From a virus (lineage: Duplodnaviria > Caudoviricetes): a stretch of DNA of 42,272 nucleotides. Positions 8,628-17,451 of the stretch are shown piece after piece. The position numbers and the translations under genes are program-made. The stretch is taken from the IMG/VR virus record IMGVR_UViG_3300027533_000049, positions 1-42,272 of that record. One strand, written 5' to 3'. The notes below the pieces were generated by a model that was not told where the DNA came from, did no database searches, and was given only the letters and a program-made list of their open reading frames with translations. How positions within the stretch are numbered: the first letter of the stretch is position 1; each line of letters begins with the position of its first letter.

Positions 8628-8995
8628 CGCTTGCATCTCCAGCTCCGTTTATCCTGCGTCCAAACCTTTCGGAGGCGGTGCCGACCGCAGATATCGACAG
8701 GCCCCGTCTTTCGCTTCGTCCGTAGCTCCGCCTCAGTGGGCGTAGGAGCCCCGCCGAGCGGCATTGCCAAATCGGGGACAATCGTGCGCCCCTCCGGCTG
8801 CGCCGTCACCGGCGCCCAACGCTGCCCGAACACCAGCCCTCCCTCCACTGCCGGCGGCAGCGGCGCCGCCGCATAGGCCAGGAACGGCCTGGGCTGCGGC
8901 AAGGGTACCGGCGCCGGTGGATCCGGCTGCAGCAGCCGCCCGAGCACCACCACCGCCAGGGCGGGTCCGACCAGGATCGTGACCTTAGCCAGCAT
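8624..8995 (-). CDS. Membrane-anchored Pro-rich protein
   Basis: N-terminal hydrophobic segment, Pro-rich linker, C-terminal DICGRH...SWRC. Confidence 0.6.
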   Translation of the reverse strand: MLAKVTILVGPALAVVVLGRLLQPDPPAPVPLPQPRPFLAYAAAPLPPAVEGGLVFGQRWAPVTAQPEGRTIVPDLAMPLGGAPTPTEAELRTKRKTGPVDICGRHRLRKVWTQDKRSWRCKR

Positions 8996-9485
8996 CGGGC
9001 TCCCTCGCTCTCGGCTGGATGTCAGCGGTCGGGAACATCCGCTTCACCGCCAGCACCTGCTTCAGCTCCGGCAGGCTCAACAGGTACGCCACCTCGTCCG
9101 GCGACATCCAGACCCAGCTCTCCCCATAATGCTCGCGCACCCACTCGTCGCTCTCGGGACGCTCGTACGAGATCAGCACGCACGTCTCGGGGCCATCTGC
9201 CCCGCCCGTCAGGAACGCGCCCGGCGCCTCCGCCCAATCCCCCAACTCGACCGCGCAGTACTCCCAGCCCCGCACCAGGGCGGCCCCCTGGTCCTCGACC
9301 TCGTCCATGGTCCCAGTCACGCAGGCCGTGTCAAACAACGACTGCTGCTCGCGCAACCGCTGCGCGAGTGAGGGGTCGCCGTTCTCCAGGCTCAGCAGCG
9401 TCCACTTGGCCTCGAACGCGGCCTTCGCGGCCGCGGTTTTGTCCGTCCAATACCTCAGCGTCCGATCGACTTTTCGTGTGCTCAT
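8985..9485 (-). CDS. Hypothetical protein downstream of the origin
   Basis: 166 aa; GGAGG RBS. Confidence 0.7.
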   Translation of the reverse strand: MSTRKVDRTLRYWTDKTAAAKAAFEAKWTLLSLENGDPSLAQRLREQQSLFDTACVTGTMDEVEDQGAALVRGWEYCAVELGDWAEAPGAFLTGGADGPETCVLISYERPESDEWVREHYGESWVWMSPDEVAYLLSLPELKQVLAVKRMFPTADIQPRAREPDAG

Positions 9486-9494
9486 TCCAGCCTC

Positions 9495-9776
9495 CGCAGC
9501 ACTTCCGACCCCGCATGCACGCCGTGCCCCATACGCGCATGCTTTTCGTTCCCTACTTGTACCTAAGTCCTGACACGTTGTCCTATTCTAGTGATAGTTC
9601 TATAGACTGTGTAATAAGAAGTGCTGCGGTGCTGCAGAATGGAAATACACCCATCATTTCCGCGGGTTGCCCCGCAGCACCTGCGTCGAAAAGGGTGCTG
9701 CGCCATGTGCTGCGGTGCTGCGGGCGCAGCACATGCGCAGCACCTCCGCAGCACCTCCGCAGCACCTCCGCAGCAC
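9495..9776. other. Putative replication origin (GCAGCAC iterons plus AT-rich tract)
   Basis: 12 GCAGCAC copies in both orientations, five at 11-bp period; AT-rich 9583-9620; directly after the primase-helicase gene. Confidence 0.75.
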
Positions 9777-9777
9777 A

Positions 9778-12420
9778 TCAGAAACGGGGCCCGTTTTCGG
9801 CGGTCTTGGACCACACTTTGTTGACGTCGCCGCGGCCTGAGGCACGCCCCACATTGCCGTTGCGGAGTTGCGGCCCCAGGTTGTGCGCCTCCCAGTAACG
9901 GAGCCCACCCTCGGTCAGCCGGTAGCCGGTAAAGTGCCGGCGCCCACCGTGGTCCGTCGCCTCATGGAACGTCGGCCCCAGGATCGGACGCAGCCGGCGA
10001 AAGAACTCTTGTGCGCCCATTGCCTTCGCGCCCTCGCCCAGCTCCTCGGCCTGCCAGCCGTGGAACGCGCAGCACAGGTCGGCGCGGTCGATCTTGGTGT
10101 TGGGTGACGGCTCCAGGGCGTCCCGCGCCCACTCCCCGACCGGGTTGTTGTCGTCCTTGAAGCGCTGGATCGCGGTACGCACGCTCTCGGGCGGGTCATA
10201 GCGGCCGCGCGTCCGCAGCCGCTCCAGACCGTCGAGCGCCCAGTTGAGGATCCCCGCCCCCTCGGCGGCCCACACATGGTCACCGATCGAGCCCTCGACC
10301 ACACCGTGGTCGGCGCGGCTCTGGGCGGCCGCTGCCTCGTCAATCACGTTGGTCATGTCGACCACCAGGGAGCGATTAAAGATCGCGTCCGAGACGTCGC
10401 GCGCCCGCGGCAGCGTGTTGGCTGTCAGCAGCACCGGGATACAGAACGACGTCGACCGGGCGTTGACCTTGCCCTTGCGCCGCACGTCGATCGGCTCCCC
10501 GGTGATCACCGTCTTGAAGCGCTGCGGGTCGACCTTGTCGCCTTCGTTGATGGCGTCGTCGCGGATCCAGGCGACGGCGCCGAGCAGCGTCTGTAGCCCA
10601 AAGTCAGTGCCGATATCCTCGACTGAGGGCGACACCACGGGCCCGCCCAGGAGCGCTCGGATCACCCGCGCCAGCTCGGTCTTGCCAGTGCGCGACGGCC
10701 CGACCAGGACCAGCGCCTTGCGCTCCTCGCGGGTCAGCCGGTCGATCGCCAGCGCGGCCCCGACCCACTCCTGCAGTAGGGCAATCAGCTCGGCCGCGTC
10801 GTCGCGGTCGGAGAACATCGAGCCGAGCAGGGCCTCGAACCCGGAGCAGTCCGAGCCCGGCCGGTAGTTGGCGCCGATCCGGCGCCGGGCATAGTTCTGC
10901 GGGTGGCACGGCTCGAACGTGCCGCGGTCGATCTGTATGACACCGTTGAGGCACACGATCGTACCCGGGCCTGCCCAGGGCACGTCCCGCTGGAACAGGG
11001 CCGGGGCCTCCTTCAGGTGCTTCAAGGCAAGCGACAACGAGTTGCCTCGGGGGACGGAGCCCAGCGCCTTGAAGCCGAGCTGGATGAGCACCAGGAGATC
11101 CTGCTCGTCAGCCTCGGTGGCCTCGCGCCAGATGCCGTCCCGGTAGAGCCACATCAGGCCCTCCGTCAGCATGATGTCCTCGCCGCGGTCGCGCAGCGCA
11201 TTGACCACCCCATTGGCTACCACCTCCGCGACCGACACGCCCTCCTGGGGCTTCGCCTTGGCCTTCCGCTTCGCCTTCGCGGCGCCCAGGTTGATCACGT
11301 TCTCGTCCGGCTCCCGGTCAGGGCGACCGGCCCTGGGCGGCGCCTGGGGCTCCGGCTCTGGCGGGGCCTCCGGCGGCTCCTGAGCCGGCCTGGGCGCGCT
11401 GCGCGGGGGCGGTGGGTGCTTCTCCACCCAGGTCGCGCACATGCGCTCCAGGGCCTTCTCCTCGGCCGCCCAGTCCCACTTGGCGCCATCGGCGCCGGCC
11501 GCCTGGGCGGTCGCCTCCAGCAGGATCCCAACCACCTCCTCGACCGAGTGGCCGGCGTTGAGCAGCGACGCGGAAACCGAGAGCTGCGTTGCGTGGACGT
11601 TGCCCGGGAAGGCCATGCCGGCGAGCGCCGCCTGCACGTCGATCGGCGGCTTCCAGCCCAGGATGTCGGCCGCCCGCAGGAACGGGTTGTCGGCGTCGTC
11701 GGGTGTTTCATGCGGGACACCGCCCACCGCGGCTCGAGCCGGCTTGGGCTTGCGGGCGATCACCGGGCGCGCGGTCGCGAGCCAATCCTCCAAGTCGCCC
11801 AGCTCATAGCGCGCCGCCGCGCCATCGGCGCCGGTCGCCATTGCCTCGATCGTCACCTCGATGTGCTCGCCGCCCTTGGTGTTGTGCGTGCCCGGCAGCC
11901 GCATCAGCCGCGACACCTCGCAGACCTGGGTGTCGCCGCCGACCAGATCCGCGAGCTGGCGCAGCACGCGCTCGACCCGGTCCCGCTCTGCCTGGGCGTC
12001 GGCCGGCTCCTTCAGGAACCACCATGGGTGCCAGCCGTGCCCCGACCACACCAGGATCGACGGCGGGAACGGCAGCGCCAGGAGGGCGTCGCGGGCCTCA
12101 CTGCCGCTGCAGGCCACCGCCTTCAGGTCGATGTCGGTCCACAGCGCCGGGATCTCGCGCGCCGCCTCCTTCGATCGGCGCGTGCCCTCCACCGTCGACA
12201 CGCACAGGAATAGCCCGCGGCCGCGCTGGTCCCACTTGCCGGCGAACCGGGCTACGACGTCGCCGTCGCGCGTGGTCACGCGCTGCTCGCGGGCCTGGGG
12301 CGTGCGCTCGTTCTGCAGGCTGCACAGGAACACCGGCAGCTCGGTGTGCTGGAACAGGGCGCGCAGGAAAGCCACACCAATGTGGGGTGGCGTCTGTTGG
12401 GGATTGCTGTTATCTGACAC
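9778..12420 (-). CDS. Primase-helicase (AEP/RepB-type primase plus D5/P4-family SF3 helicase)
   Basis: WTDID, SGHGWH and RLMRLPGT primase motifs; Walker A GPSRTGKT, Walker B WIRDD, motif C LTAN; likely GTG start at 12420. Confidence 0.9.
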   Translation of the reverse strand: MSDNSNPQQTPPHIGVAFLRALFQHTELPVFLCSLQNERTPQAREQRVTTRDGDVVARFAGKWDQRGRGLFLCVSTVEGTRRSKEAAREIPALWTDIDLKAVACSGSEARDALLALPFPPSILVWSGHGWHPWWFLKEPADAQAERDRVERVLRQLADLVGGDTQVCEVSRLMRLPGTHNTKGGEHIEVTIEAMATGADGAAARYELGDLEDWLATARPVIARKPKPARAAVGGVPHETPDDADNPFLRAADILGWKPPIDVQAALAGMAFPGNVHATQLSVSASLLNAGHSVEEVVGILLEATAQAAGADGAKWDWAAEEKALERMCATWVEKHPPPPRSAPRPAQEPPEAPPEPEPQAPPRAGRPDREPDENVINLGAAKAKRKAKAKPQEGVSVAEVVANGVVNALRDRGEDIMLTEGLMWLYRDGIWREATEADEQDLLVLIQLGFKALGSVPRGNSLSLALKHLKEAPALFQRDVPWAGPGTIVCLNGVIQIDRGTFEPCHPQNYARRRIGANYRPGSDCSGFEALLGSMFSDRDDAAELIALLQEWVGAALAIDRLTREERKALVLVGPSRTGKTELARVIRALLGGPVVSPSVEDIGTDFGLQTLLGAVAWIRDDAINEGDKVDPQRFKTVITGEPIDVRRKGKVNARSTSFCIPVLLTANTLPRARDVSDAIFNRSLVVDMTNVIDEAAAAQSRADHGVVEGSIGDHVWAAEGAGILNWALDGLERLRTRGRYDPPESVRTAIQRFKDDNNPVGEWARDALEPSPNTKIDRADLCCAFHGWQAEELGEGAKAMGAQEFFRRLRPILGPTFHEATDHGGRRHFTGYRLTEGGLRYWEAHNLGPQLRNGNVGRASGRGDVNKVWSKTAENGPRF

Positions 12421-12460
12421 GGTAAGTGCCTTCTGATGTTGCTGATTAGAGGGCGCACGC

Positions 12461-12494
12461 GCCCGGCGCATAGGTCCGCACCTATGCGCCGGGC
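12461..12494. terminator. Perfect 15-bp stem-loop between ssb and primase
   Basis: GCCCGGCGCATAGGT-ccgc-ACCTATGCGCCGGGC; T-rich tail on the plus strand only. Confidence 0.55.
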
Positions 12495-12511
12495 TTACTT
12501 GTTTTGAGACG

Positions 12512-13276
12512 CTAGAACCGTGCTTTGGACTTCGCGGCCGGTGCGGACTTTGCCGCCGCCTTCACCGGTTTGTGTGCCGCCTTCGCGATCGCGTCAACCG
12601 GATCCGCGTCCTCCTTGCCGAGCGTCTCCGGCAGCACCGCGAGCCCCTCAGTCACGACCGCCCGCGGCACCCATCCGACAATCTCGAACGTCGGAAACTT
12701 GATGCGCCCGAAGTCAGAGTGATTGTAGGAGCCGACGCCGATCGCGATCACCGGCCATTCGTTCGGGTGCTGGCGCGACAGCCCGCCGTACTTCTTGCAC
12801 AAGAGGCCGATCGCGTTGAGCCCGCCACGGCTCGACGTTGTGAAGGTGTAGAGCCCCTCCTCGCCTTCGCCATGCTCGTCGAGAGACTTCAGCAGCAGGT
12901 AATTGCTGAATTGCCACGGGTCGCGGAGCTGGCCGGTGGCGTCAGTTTCCCACTGGTCCTTGTCCATGTCGCCCAGCTCATTGCGCCGCGGCGGCTGATA
13001 GCTCTGCGCGATCTTGCCCATGATGTGATCGGTCGGGCGGTTCTCGGACCAGCGGATCCAGCCGATCAGCAGCTCATCCATGACGGCAACGAACTGCGTG
13101 CCCTCCTCGACCTCCTCGTTGTTCTCGCCGCAGACGTAGTCGCCCTTGGTGAACTTCAGGAGCTGGCCGACGATGTTGCGCTGAGTGGTCTGCTCGCCAT
13201 ACGACTGAAACGGGTCGATGGCGTTGGGGCGGATGGGGGTGACGCTGGCGTTGTTGCTCTTGGTGATGTCGTTCAT
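12512..13276 (-). CDS. Putative single-stranded DNA-binding/annealing protein
   Basis: Aromatic beta motifs LLKFTKGDY, IGWIRW, DPWQ, PTFEIVGW; lies between the nuclease and the primase. Confidence 0.6.
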   Translation of the reverse strand: MNDITKSNNASVTPIRPNAIDPFQSYGEQTTQRNIVGQLLKFTKGDYVCGENNEEVEEGTQFVAVMDELLIGWIRWSENRPTDHIMGKIAQSYQPPRRNELGDMDKDQWETDATGQLRDPWQFSNYLLLKSLDEHGEGEEGLYTFTTSSRGGLNAIGLLCKKYGGLSRQHPNEWPVIAIGVGSYNHSDFGRIKFPTFEIVGWVPRAVVTEGLAVLPETLGKEDADPVDAIAKAAHKPVKAAAKSAPAAKSKARF

Positions 13277-13340
13277 TGGCTTGCTTCCTTCGTTTGTGGG
13301 TCCGTAGCGGGGTATCCACTACGGGTAGACGACCGGAGAA

Positions 13341-14396
13341 CTACACAGTGATTTGGATGACCAGCCGGTCGGTCGGGTCACCCTGTGTTGCGAATTGCGT
13401 GATGTCAACGCCCGCAAGTTTTGCTGCTTGCTGGATTGCTTTGTTGTCAAAACCGCTGCGGCCTTTGACGGACGACCACGTCAGCACGCCGGGGATCCTG
13501 CGCACGCCCTTCTCGCGCAACCGCGCCTTGATAGCGTCCTGCGCGGTGCGCAGCTCGACCTCCGCGGTGTCGCGGTTTCTCTCCAGCAGCTTGTACTCGC
13601 GCGCCATGTCGGTCATCTCCTGCGCGAACTGCGGATCCGCCTCGATGTCATCCGCGTATGGGAGATTGCGCCGCTCGATGCCGCACGGGCGCGTGAATGG
13701 GCAGTAGCGACATTCATGGCCGCCAGCGATCCAGCCCTCGGCCGCGAGATCGCCCGCGGATCGCGTGGTCATGATCAGCGACGCGCGCTCCTGCGCCGCC
13801 TCGTAGATGCTCTCGTCGAACGCGATCGTGAATTCTTTCACGTCGGACCAGAACGATGCGTCGGTGTAGCTGATCACTGCATGCGTCGGCTTGTAGCGCG
13901 TCGTCTCCTGCATCAACCCCATCTGCACATGCGTCTGGAACACGTTCTCGTTCTTGGCTTCGACGAGGTTGGTGCGGGGGTCCGCGGTCTTGCACTCGAA
14001 CAACGCCGCGCGCGCGCCGGGTGCGCCGATCGCCGCGGCCTCCGTCGAGGACAGTGGTGTGACCAGCGCGTCAGGCGTTGCCGACAGGAAGTTCTTCACC
14101 AGGGTGCGCTGCTTCTTGCCGACGAACTTCAGGCGCCGCCCGAAGCGCTTCTGCATTGCCGGCACCCAGAAGTGCGTCTCGAACATGGTGCCGCGCATAC
14201 GGGCGCCCCATGTCTCGATGTGCTCGGGATCCCGCGCGACGCCGCCGTGCTCGGGCCACGCCTCGTTCTTGATCCAGAAGATCTTCCTGGCGCACTGCCC
14301 GACCTCGGACGCGCCGACTGTCTGCGAGCGGTCCTCGGTGAATGGCGTCACGATCGTGCGCGCGTAGCGGTCGAGTGTGTCTGCGATGATCTTCAT
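13341..14396 (-). CDS. Cas4-like PD-(D/E)XK exonuclease
   Basis: ATPDA...FECKT, QTHVQM, one N-terminal Cys plus CRYCPFTRPC (Fe-S staple pattern). Confidence 0.8.
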   Translation of the reverse strand: MKIIADTLDRYARTIVTPFTEDRSQTVGASEVGQCARKIFWIKNEAWPEHGGVARDPEHIETWGARMRGTMFETHFWVPAMQKRFGRRLKFVGKKQRTLVKNFLSATPDALVTPLSSTEAAAIGAPGARAALFECKTADPRTNLVEAKNENVFQTHVQMGLMQETTRYKPTHAVISYTDASFWSDVKEFTIAFDESIYEAAQERASLIMTTRSAGDLAAEGWIAGGHECRYCPFTRPCGIERRNLPYADDIEADPQFAQEMTDMAREYKLLERNRDTAEVELRTAQDAIKARLREKGVRRIPGVLTWSSVKGRSGFDNKAIQQAAKLAGVDITQFATQGDPTDRLVIQITV

Positions 14397-14875
14397 GTCT
14401 GCTCCGCTGACTTGGTGAAGGTGTTGATCTGCGCCCGAATGATCTCGAACGCAGTCGGCTCCTCGCCCGGCAGGCTGTCGTCGAACGGCTCCAGCCCATT
14501 CTGGATGCGCAGCCGGGAGATCCTGGCAGAGATGACGTCGAGCACGATCGCGCGCGTCTCGAATGGCGCCGCGTGCAGCCAGCTCGCGCCGGCGACGAAG
14601 TCGAGCAGCGCGTCAGGTGTCTCGATGGTCAGGCTGCGCAGCACGCGCCGCAGCGCCAGGAAGCCGGGCCGGTACGGGATTGCGAGGTGCTGCTTGATGC
14701 GCTCGCGCTTCCATCGCCGATAGGATCGCAGCTGCCGGCTCTGGTCGATCAGCTTCTTCTCCTGATCGGTCGGCACCATGGTCTGCTTGGCGGCGCGCTT
14801 CTCCGCGGCGCGCAGCTTCGCCCTGGTCGGGGAGTTGATCTGCTGCTCGGCCAGCAGCTCGAATGGATTGCTCAC
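14393..14875 (-). CDS. Hypothetical protein
   Basis: 160 aa; overlaps both neighbours by 4 nt. Confidence 0.7.
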   Translation of the reverse strand: MSNPFELLAEQQINSPTRAKLRAAEKRAAKQTMVPTDQEKKLIDQSRQLRSYRRWKRERIKQHLAIPYRPGFLALRRVLRSLTIETPDALLDFVAGASWLHAAPFETRAIVLDVISARISRLRIQNGLEPFDDSLPGEEPTAFEIIRAQINTFTKSAEQT

Positions 14876-16374
14876 CGCCGGGCCCCTTTACGCAGCTGCT
14901 CGGCGAGCATGCGGCCCACTTCCTCGTTGCCGAGATACTTCTCGCCAGGGAGCATGTCCGCGGCGTCGATCACGCCGACGTCGATGTCGTCGAGGATGGC
15001 ATGATCGCGCCCCGGCACCGTGATCAGGATGTCGTAGCCGGCCCAGGTAAACTCACGCTGCCCGCGAAAGTGCGCCTTGATGGGCTTGCCGTCAGCGCGC
15101 ACATGCGGCCGCACGAAGTGAAAGATCCTCCGCCGCTGGCCGGTGTCGGTCGCGTAGATGTCACGGTCCTGGAAGAAGTAGGACATCTTGTGGACGTCGA
15201 CATGGAACGCTGCCGACATGTTGCCCTTGGTGGCTGTGATGCGCACCATGTTGAGCTGCGTCAGGCTGTGGATCAGCACGGCTTGCAGAAACATCTCACG
15301 CAGGAAGTGCCGCGGCGTATCGCCCGCCTGCTGCGCCCACTCGACAAAGTCATCGGGGATCATCCAGCGCCTCGACGGGATCGCGTAGGACCGGCCGCGC
15401 CATTGGCCGCGCTTCTCGATCCGCCACTCCTTGCTGGTCACCAGTGAGCGCAGGATCTCGATCTGCTTACCGTCCGCGCTGATCCAGACACCGTATTCCT
15501 GTGGCACGCCCCAGCGCCGTGCGCCTTTGCCGGTCTGGAATGGCTTGTCCCACCAGACCGTCATCGCGTAGGTGTCGCCGCCACCAATGTGCTCGACGCC
15601 GGGCGGCGGGGTTTTGAACTTCGAAAAGTACATGAACTTAGGGATCCACAGCACCCGACCCGCGGGGATGCTTTTCTGCACCTCGGGCGATTGCTCGCGC
15701 TTCTCCGTCTCCGGGTCGGTGCCGTAGGCGTAGCAGCCGAACGCGGGCCGGGTGCGATGAAACCAGTCCGACAGCGGGGTCTGCCGCGTGATGTCCATGG
15801 GATCCCTTGTGGTCCCCCCGCGATCGTGCGCGTTGACGATGACGTAGGGCAGAATGGTCGCGCCGTACTGCCGATAGAGCGCATAGGAGGAAGGGTCTTT
15901 GCCGCGCATCCGTTCGAGGTAGACGAAGTAGCGCTCCAGCTGCTGCAGGATGGTGTCGCGAAAATGAAACTCGCCGTACATCTCAGCTTCTTCGTAGAGA
16001 ACCTCCTCGGTATCCTCGTGGTGCTTACCGGCGATGAACAGCGAGGCATCGCTGACCACGCTGTCGTCGACCACCTCGACCGGCCTGGGCTTGGGCGCCG
16101 GGCGCGGCTTGGCCGGCTTGGGTGGCGGTAGCGTTCCCTTTGGCGTTACGAACTTGTCGTGCCGGCGGCGCCGACGCTCCAGGGCGCGCCGCGTGGCGCG
16201 GTTCGGGGAGACGCTGACAGTCTCCGGTTCTGGCGTTGTCAAGGGTGGCAACGGAGGCAACGGAGGCAACGGAGGCAACGGAGGCAACGGAGTCAACGAA
16301 GGGGCGGCCCGGCGCGCCCGAAGCCTGCCGACGAGGGCCTCGAACGACCGTCGCAGCCACGCGAATATGCTCAT
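14872..16374 (-). CDS. Hypothetical protein, 500 aa
   Basis: ATGA coupling at 16371-16374; Pro-rich N-terminus, globular core, RPHVR...KAHFRG motif. Confidence 0.75.
   Translation of the reverse strand: MSIFAWLRRSFEALVGRLRARRAAPSLTPLPPLPPLPPLPPLPPLTTPEPETVSVSPNRATRRALERRRRRHDKFVTPKGTLPPPKPAKPRPAPKPRPVEVVDDSVVSDASLFIAGKHHEDTEEVLYEEAEMYGEFHFRDTILQQLERYFVYLERMRGKDPSSYALYRQYGATILPYVIVNAHDRGGTTRDPMDITRQTPLSDWFHRTRPAFGCYAYGTDPETEKREQSPEVQKSIPAGRVLWIPKFMYFSKFKTPPPGVEHIGGGDTYAMTVWWDKPFQTGKGARRWGVPQEYGVWISADGKQIEILRSLVTSKEWRIEKRGQWRGRSYAIPSRRWMIPDDFVEWAQQAGDTPRHFLREMFLQAVLIHSLTQLNMVRITATKGNMSAAFHVDVHKMSYFFQDRDIYATDTGQRRRIFHFVRPHVRADGKPIKAHFRGQREFTWAGYDILITVPGRDHAILDDIDVGVIDAADMLPGEKYLGNEEVGRMLAEQLRKGARR
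16247..16291. repeat. 9-bp tandem repeat GGCAACGGA x5
   Basis: Direct reading; encodes the PPL repeats on the minus strand. Confidence 0.95.
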
Positions 16375-16718
16375 CGCAGCACCCCCCACCTGTCGAGCAC
16401 CTCGATCGCCTCATCGAGCGAGCGCACCAGCGCATAGGGGTGGTCGAGGCGGTTGCAGATCGCCTGGAAGCCCTTCTGGGCGTCGCTCTGTCGGCCTTTC
16501 GCGGTCTTGGTTTCCATCCAGCAGCAGACGCCGCGCGGGCACATGAAGCACAGGTCGGCGACGCCGGCCTTCATGCCCTCCCGTTTCATGCGCGCGCCCA
16601 TGCGCAGTGAGCGCTTGCCGGCGTTCGGGATCGCAAACCAGTGCCAGTGCCGGTGGCCCCTGGTTTCCAGGTGGCGCAGGATCTGCGCCTGGATGTCGTG
16701 CTCCTGCGCACCAGTCAT
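16371..16718 (-). CDS. VRR-NUC domain nuclease
   Basis: EHDIQ, FAIPNAG, GVADL, WMETKTAKGRQSDAQ motifs. Confidence 0.9.
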   Translation of the reverse strand: MTGAQEHDIQAQILRHLETRGHRHWHWFAIPNAGKRSLRMGARMKREGMKAGVADLCFMCPRGVCCWMETKTAKGRQSDAQKGFQAICNRLDHPYALVRSLDEAIEVLDRWGVLR

Positions 16719-17176
16719 CGCAGACGCAGGCGCGGGTAGCACAGCTCAGCATGCGCGACACAGTACGGCGGCTCCTGGGTTGCCGTGCCGCAGAACAGGA
16801 ACGGCGGCCGCGGGCCGAACGGGTAGCGACAGCTGTCGTGTTTGAGCTGTTCGAACGTCAGCCACACCTCGCCCGGCCGCGGCCCGGCCTGGGGCGGCAG
16901 TGGGGTCGGGGGCGCAGGGTGAGCCTGCGGCTCGGCGACCTTGCGCGGTCGGCCGCGGCGGGGCGTCGTCGGTTTCTTCTCATCATCGGGCTTGGCGTTG
17001 CGCATCTTCAGATCTTCCCCCAGGCGGTGCGCTTTGCCGATCAAGGCGCTGCGCGATATCGGCACGTCGAAGTGCTTCGACATGTCATCAGCGATCCTGT
17101 GCAGCGAGGCGTCCGTCTTCAGCGCCGCACGCAGGTATTCGGTTCGATCGTCGGGCCACGGCTCCCTGCGCTTCAT
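16715..17176 (-). CDS. gcrA: GcrA-like regulator
   Basis: N-terminal WPDDR...ISRSALIGKAHRLG and C-terminal CRYPFG...FCG...YCVAH, the GcrA family layout. Confidence 0.85.
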   Translation of the reverse strand: MKRREPWPDDRTEYLRAALKTDASLHRIADDMSKHFDVPISRSALIGKAHRLGEDLKMRNAKPDDEKKPTTPRRGRPRKVAEPQAHPAPPTPLPPQAGPRPGEVWLTFEQLKHDSCRYPFGPRPPFLFCGTATQEPPYCVAHAELCYPRLRLR

Positions 17177-17397
17177 CAGTCCCGCCAGATCCGCTGCTGC
17201 TCCTTCGTGACGGCATGCATGTAGCGCTTGATGCGCTCGATCGTTGTCAGCGTGGGCATCGAGCCGCGCCGCAGGCGATCGATCAGGTGACCGTCGCGCG
17301 CGACGCGGCGACCAAAGCCAGTCCTGCTGGTGCCTGACTTGCGGCAGAAGGTATCGATCTCTGCGAGCAGAGCCTTAACACTGGGGTGTGGTTTCAT
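17176..17397 (-). CDS. Cro-like HTH protein
   Basis: LLAEIDTFC...SRTGFGRRVARDGHLIDRLRRG...TLTTIERI; first gene of the replication operon. Confidence 0.75.
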   Translation of the reverse strand: MKPHPSVKALLAEIDTFCRKSGTSRTGFGRRVARDGHLIDRLRRGSMPTLTTIERIKRYMHAVTKEQQRIWRD

Positions 17398-17405
17398 GGT
17401 CCAAC

Positions 17406-17445
17406 AGATTAGTGGGTTGCGGTTCACACCGCAAGGGGATACGCT
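17406..17445. promoter_or_regulatory. Overlapping divergent promoters on palindrome TTGCGG-N6-CCGCAA
   Basis: Plus: TTGCGG(17417)-N17-TACGCT; minus: TTGCGG(17434)-N17-TAATCT. Confidence 0.6.
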
Positions 17446-17451
17446 TTTGCC

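Noticed and set aside
9725-9776. Regular repeats as a CRISPR array
   Set aside because: 11-bp period with no unique spacers; fits iterons
13341-14396. Cas4-like gene as part of a CRISPR-Cas system
   Set aside because: No cas1/cas2 or array; standalone Cas4-like nucleases are common in phage recombination modules
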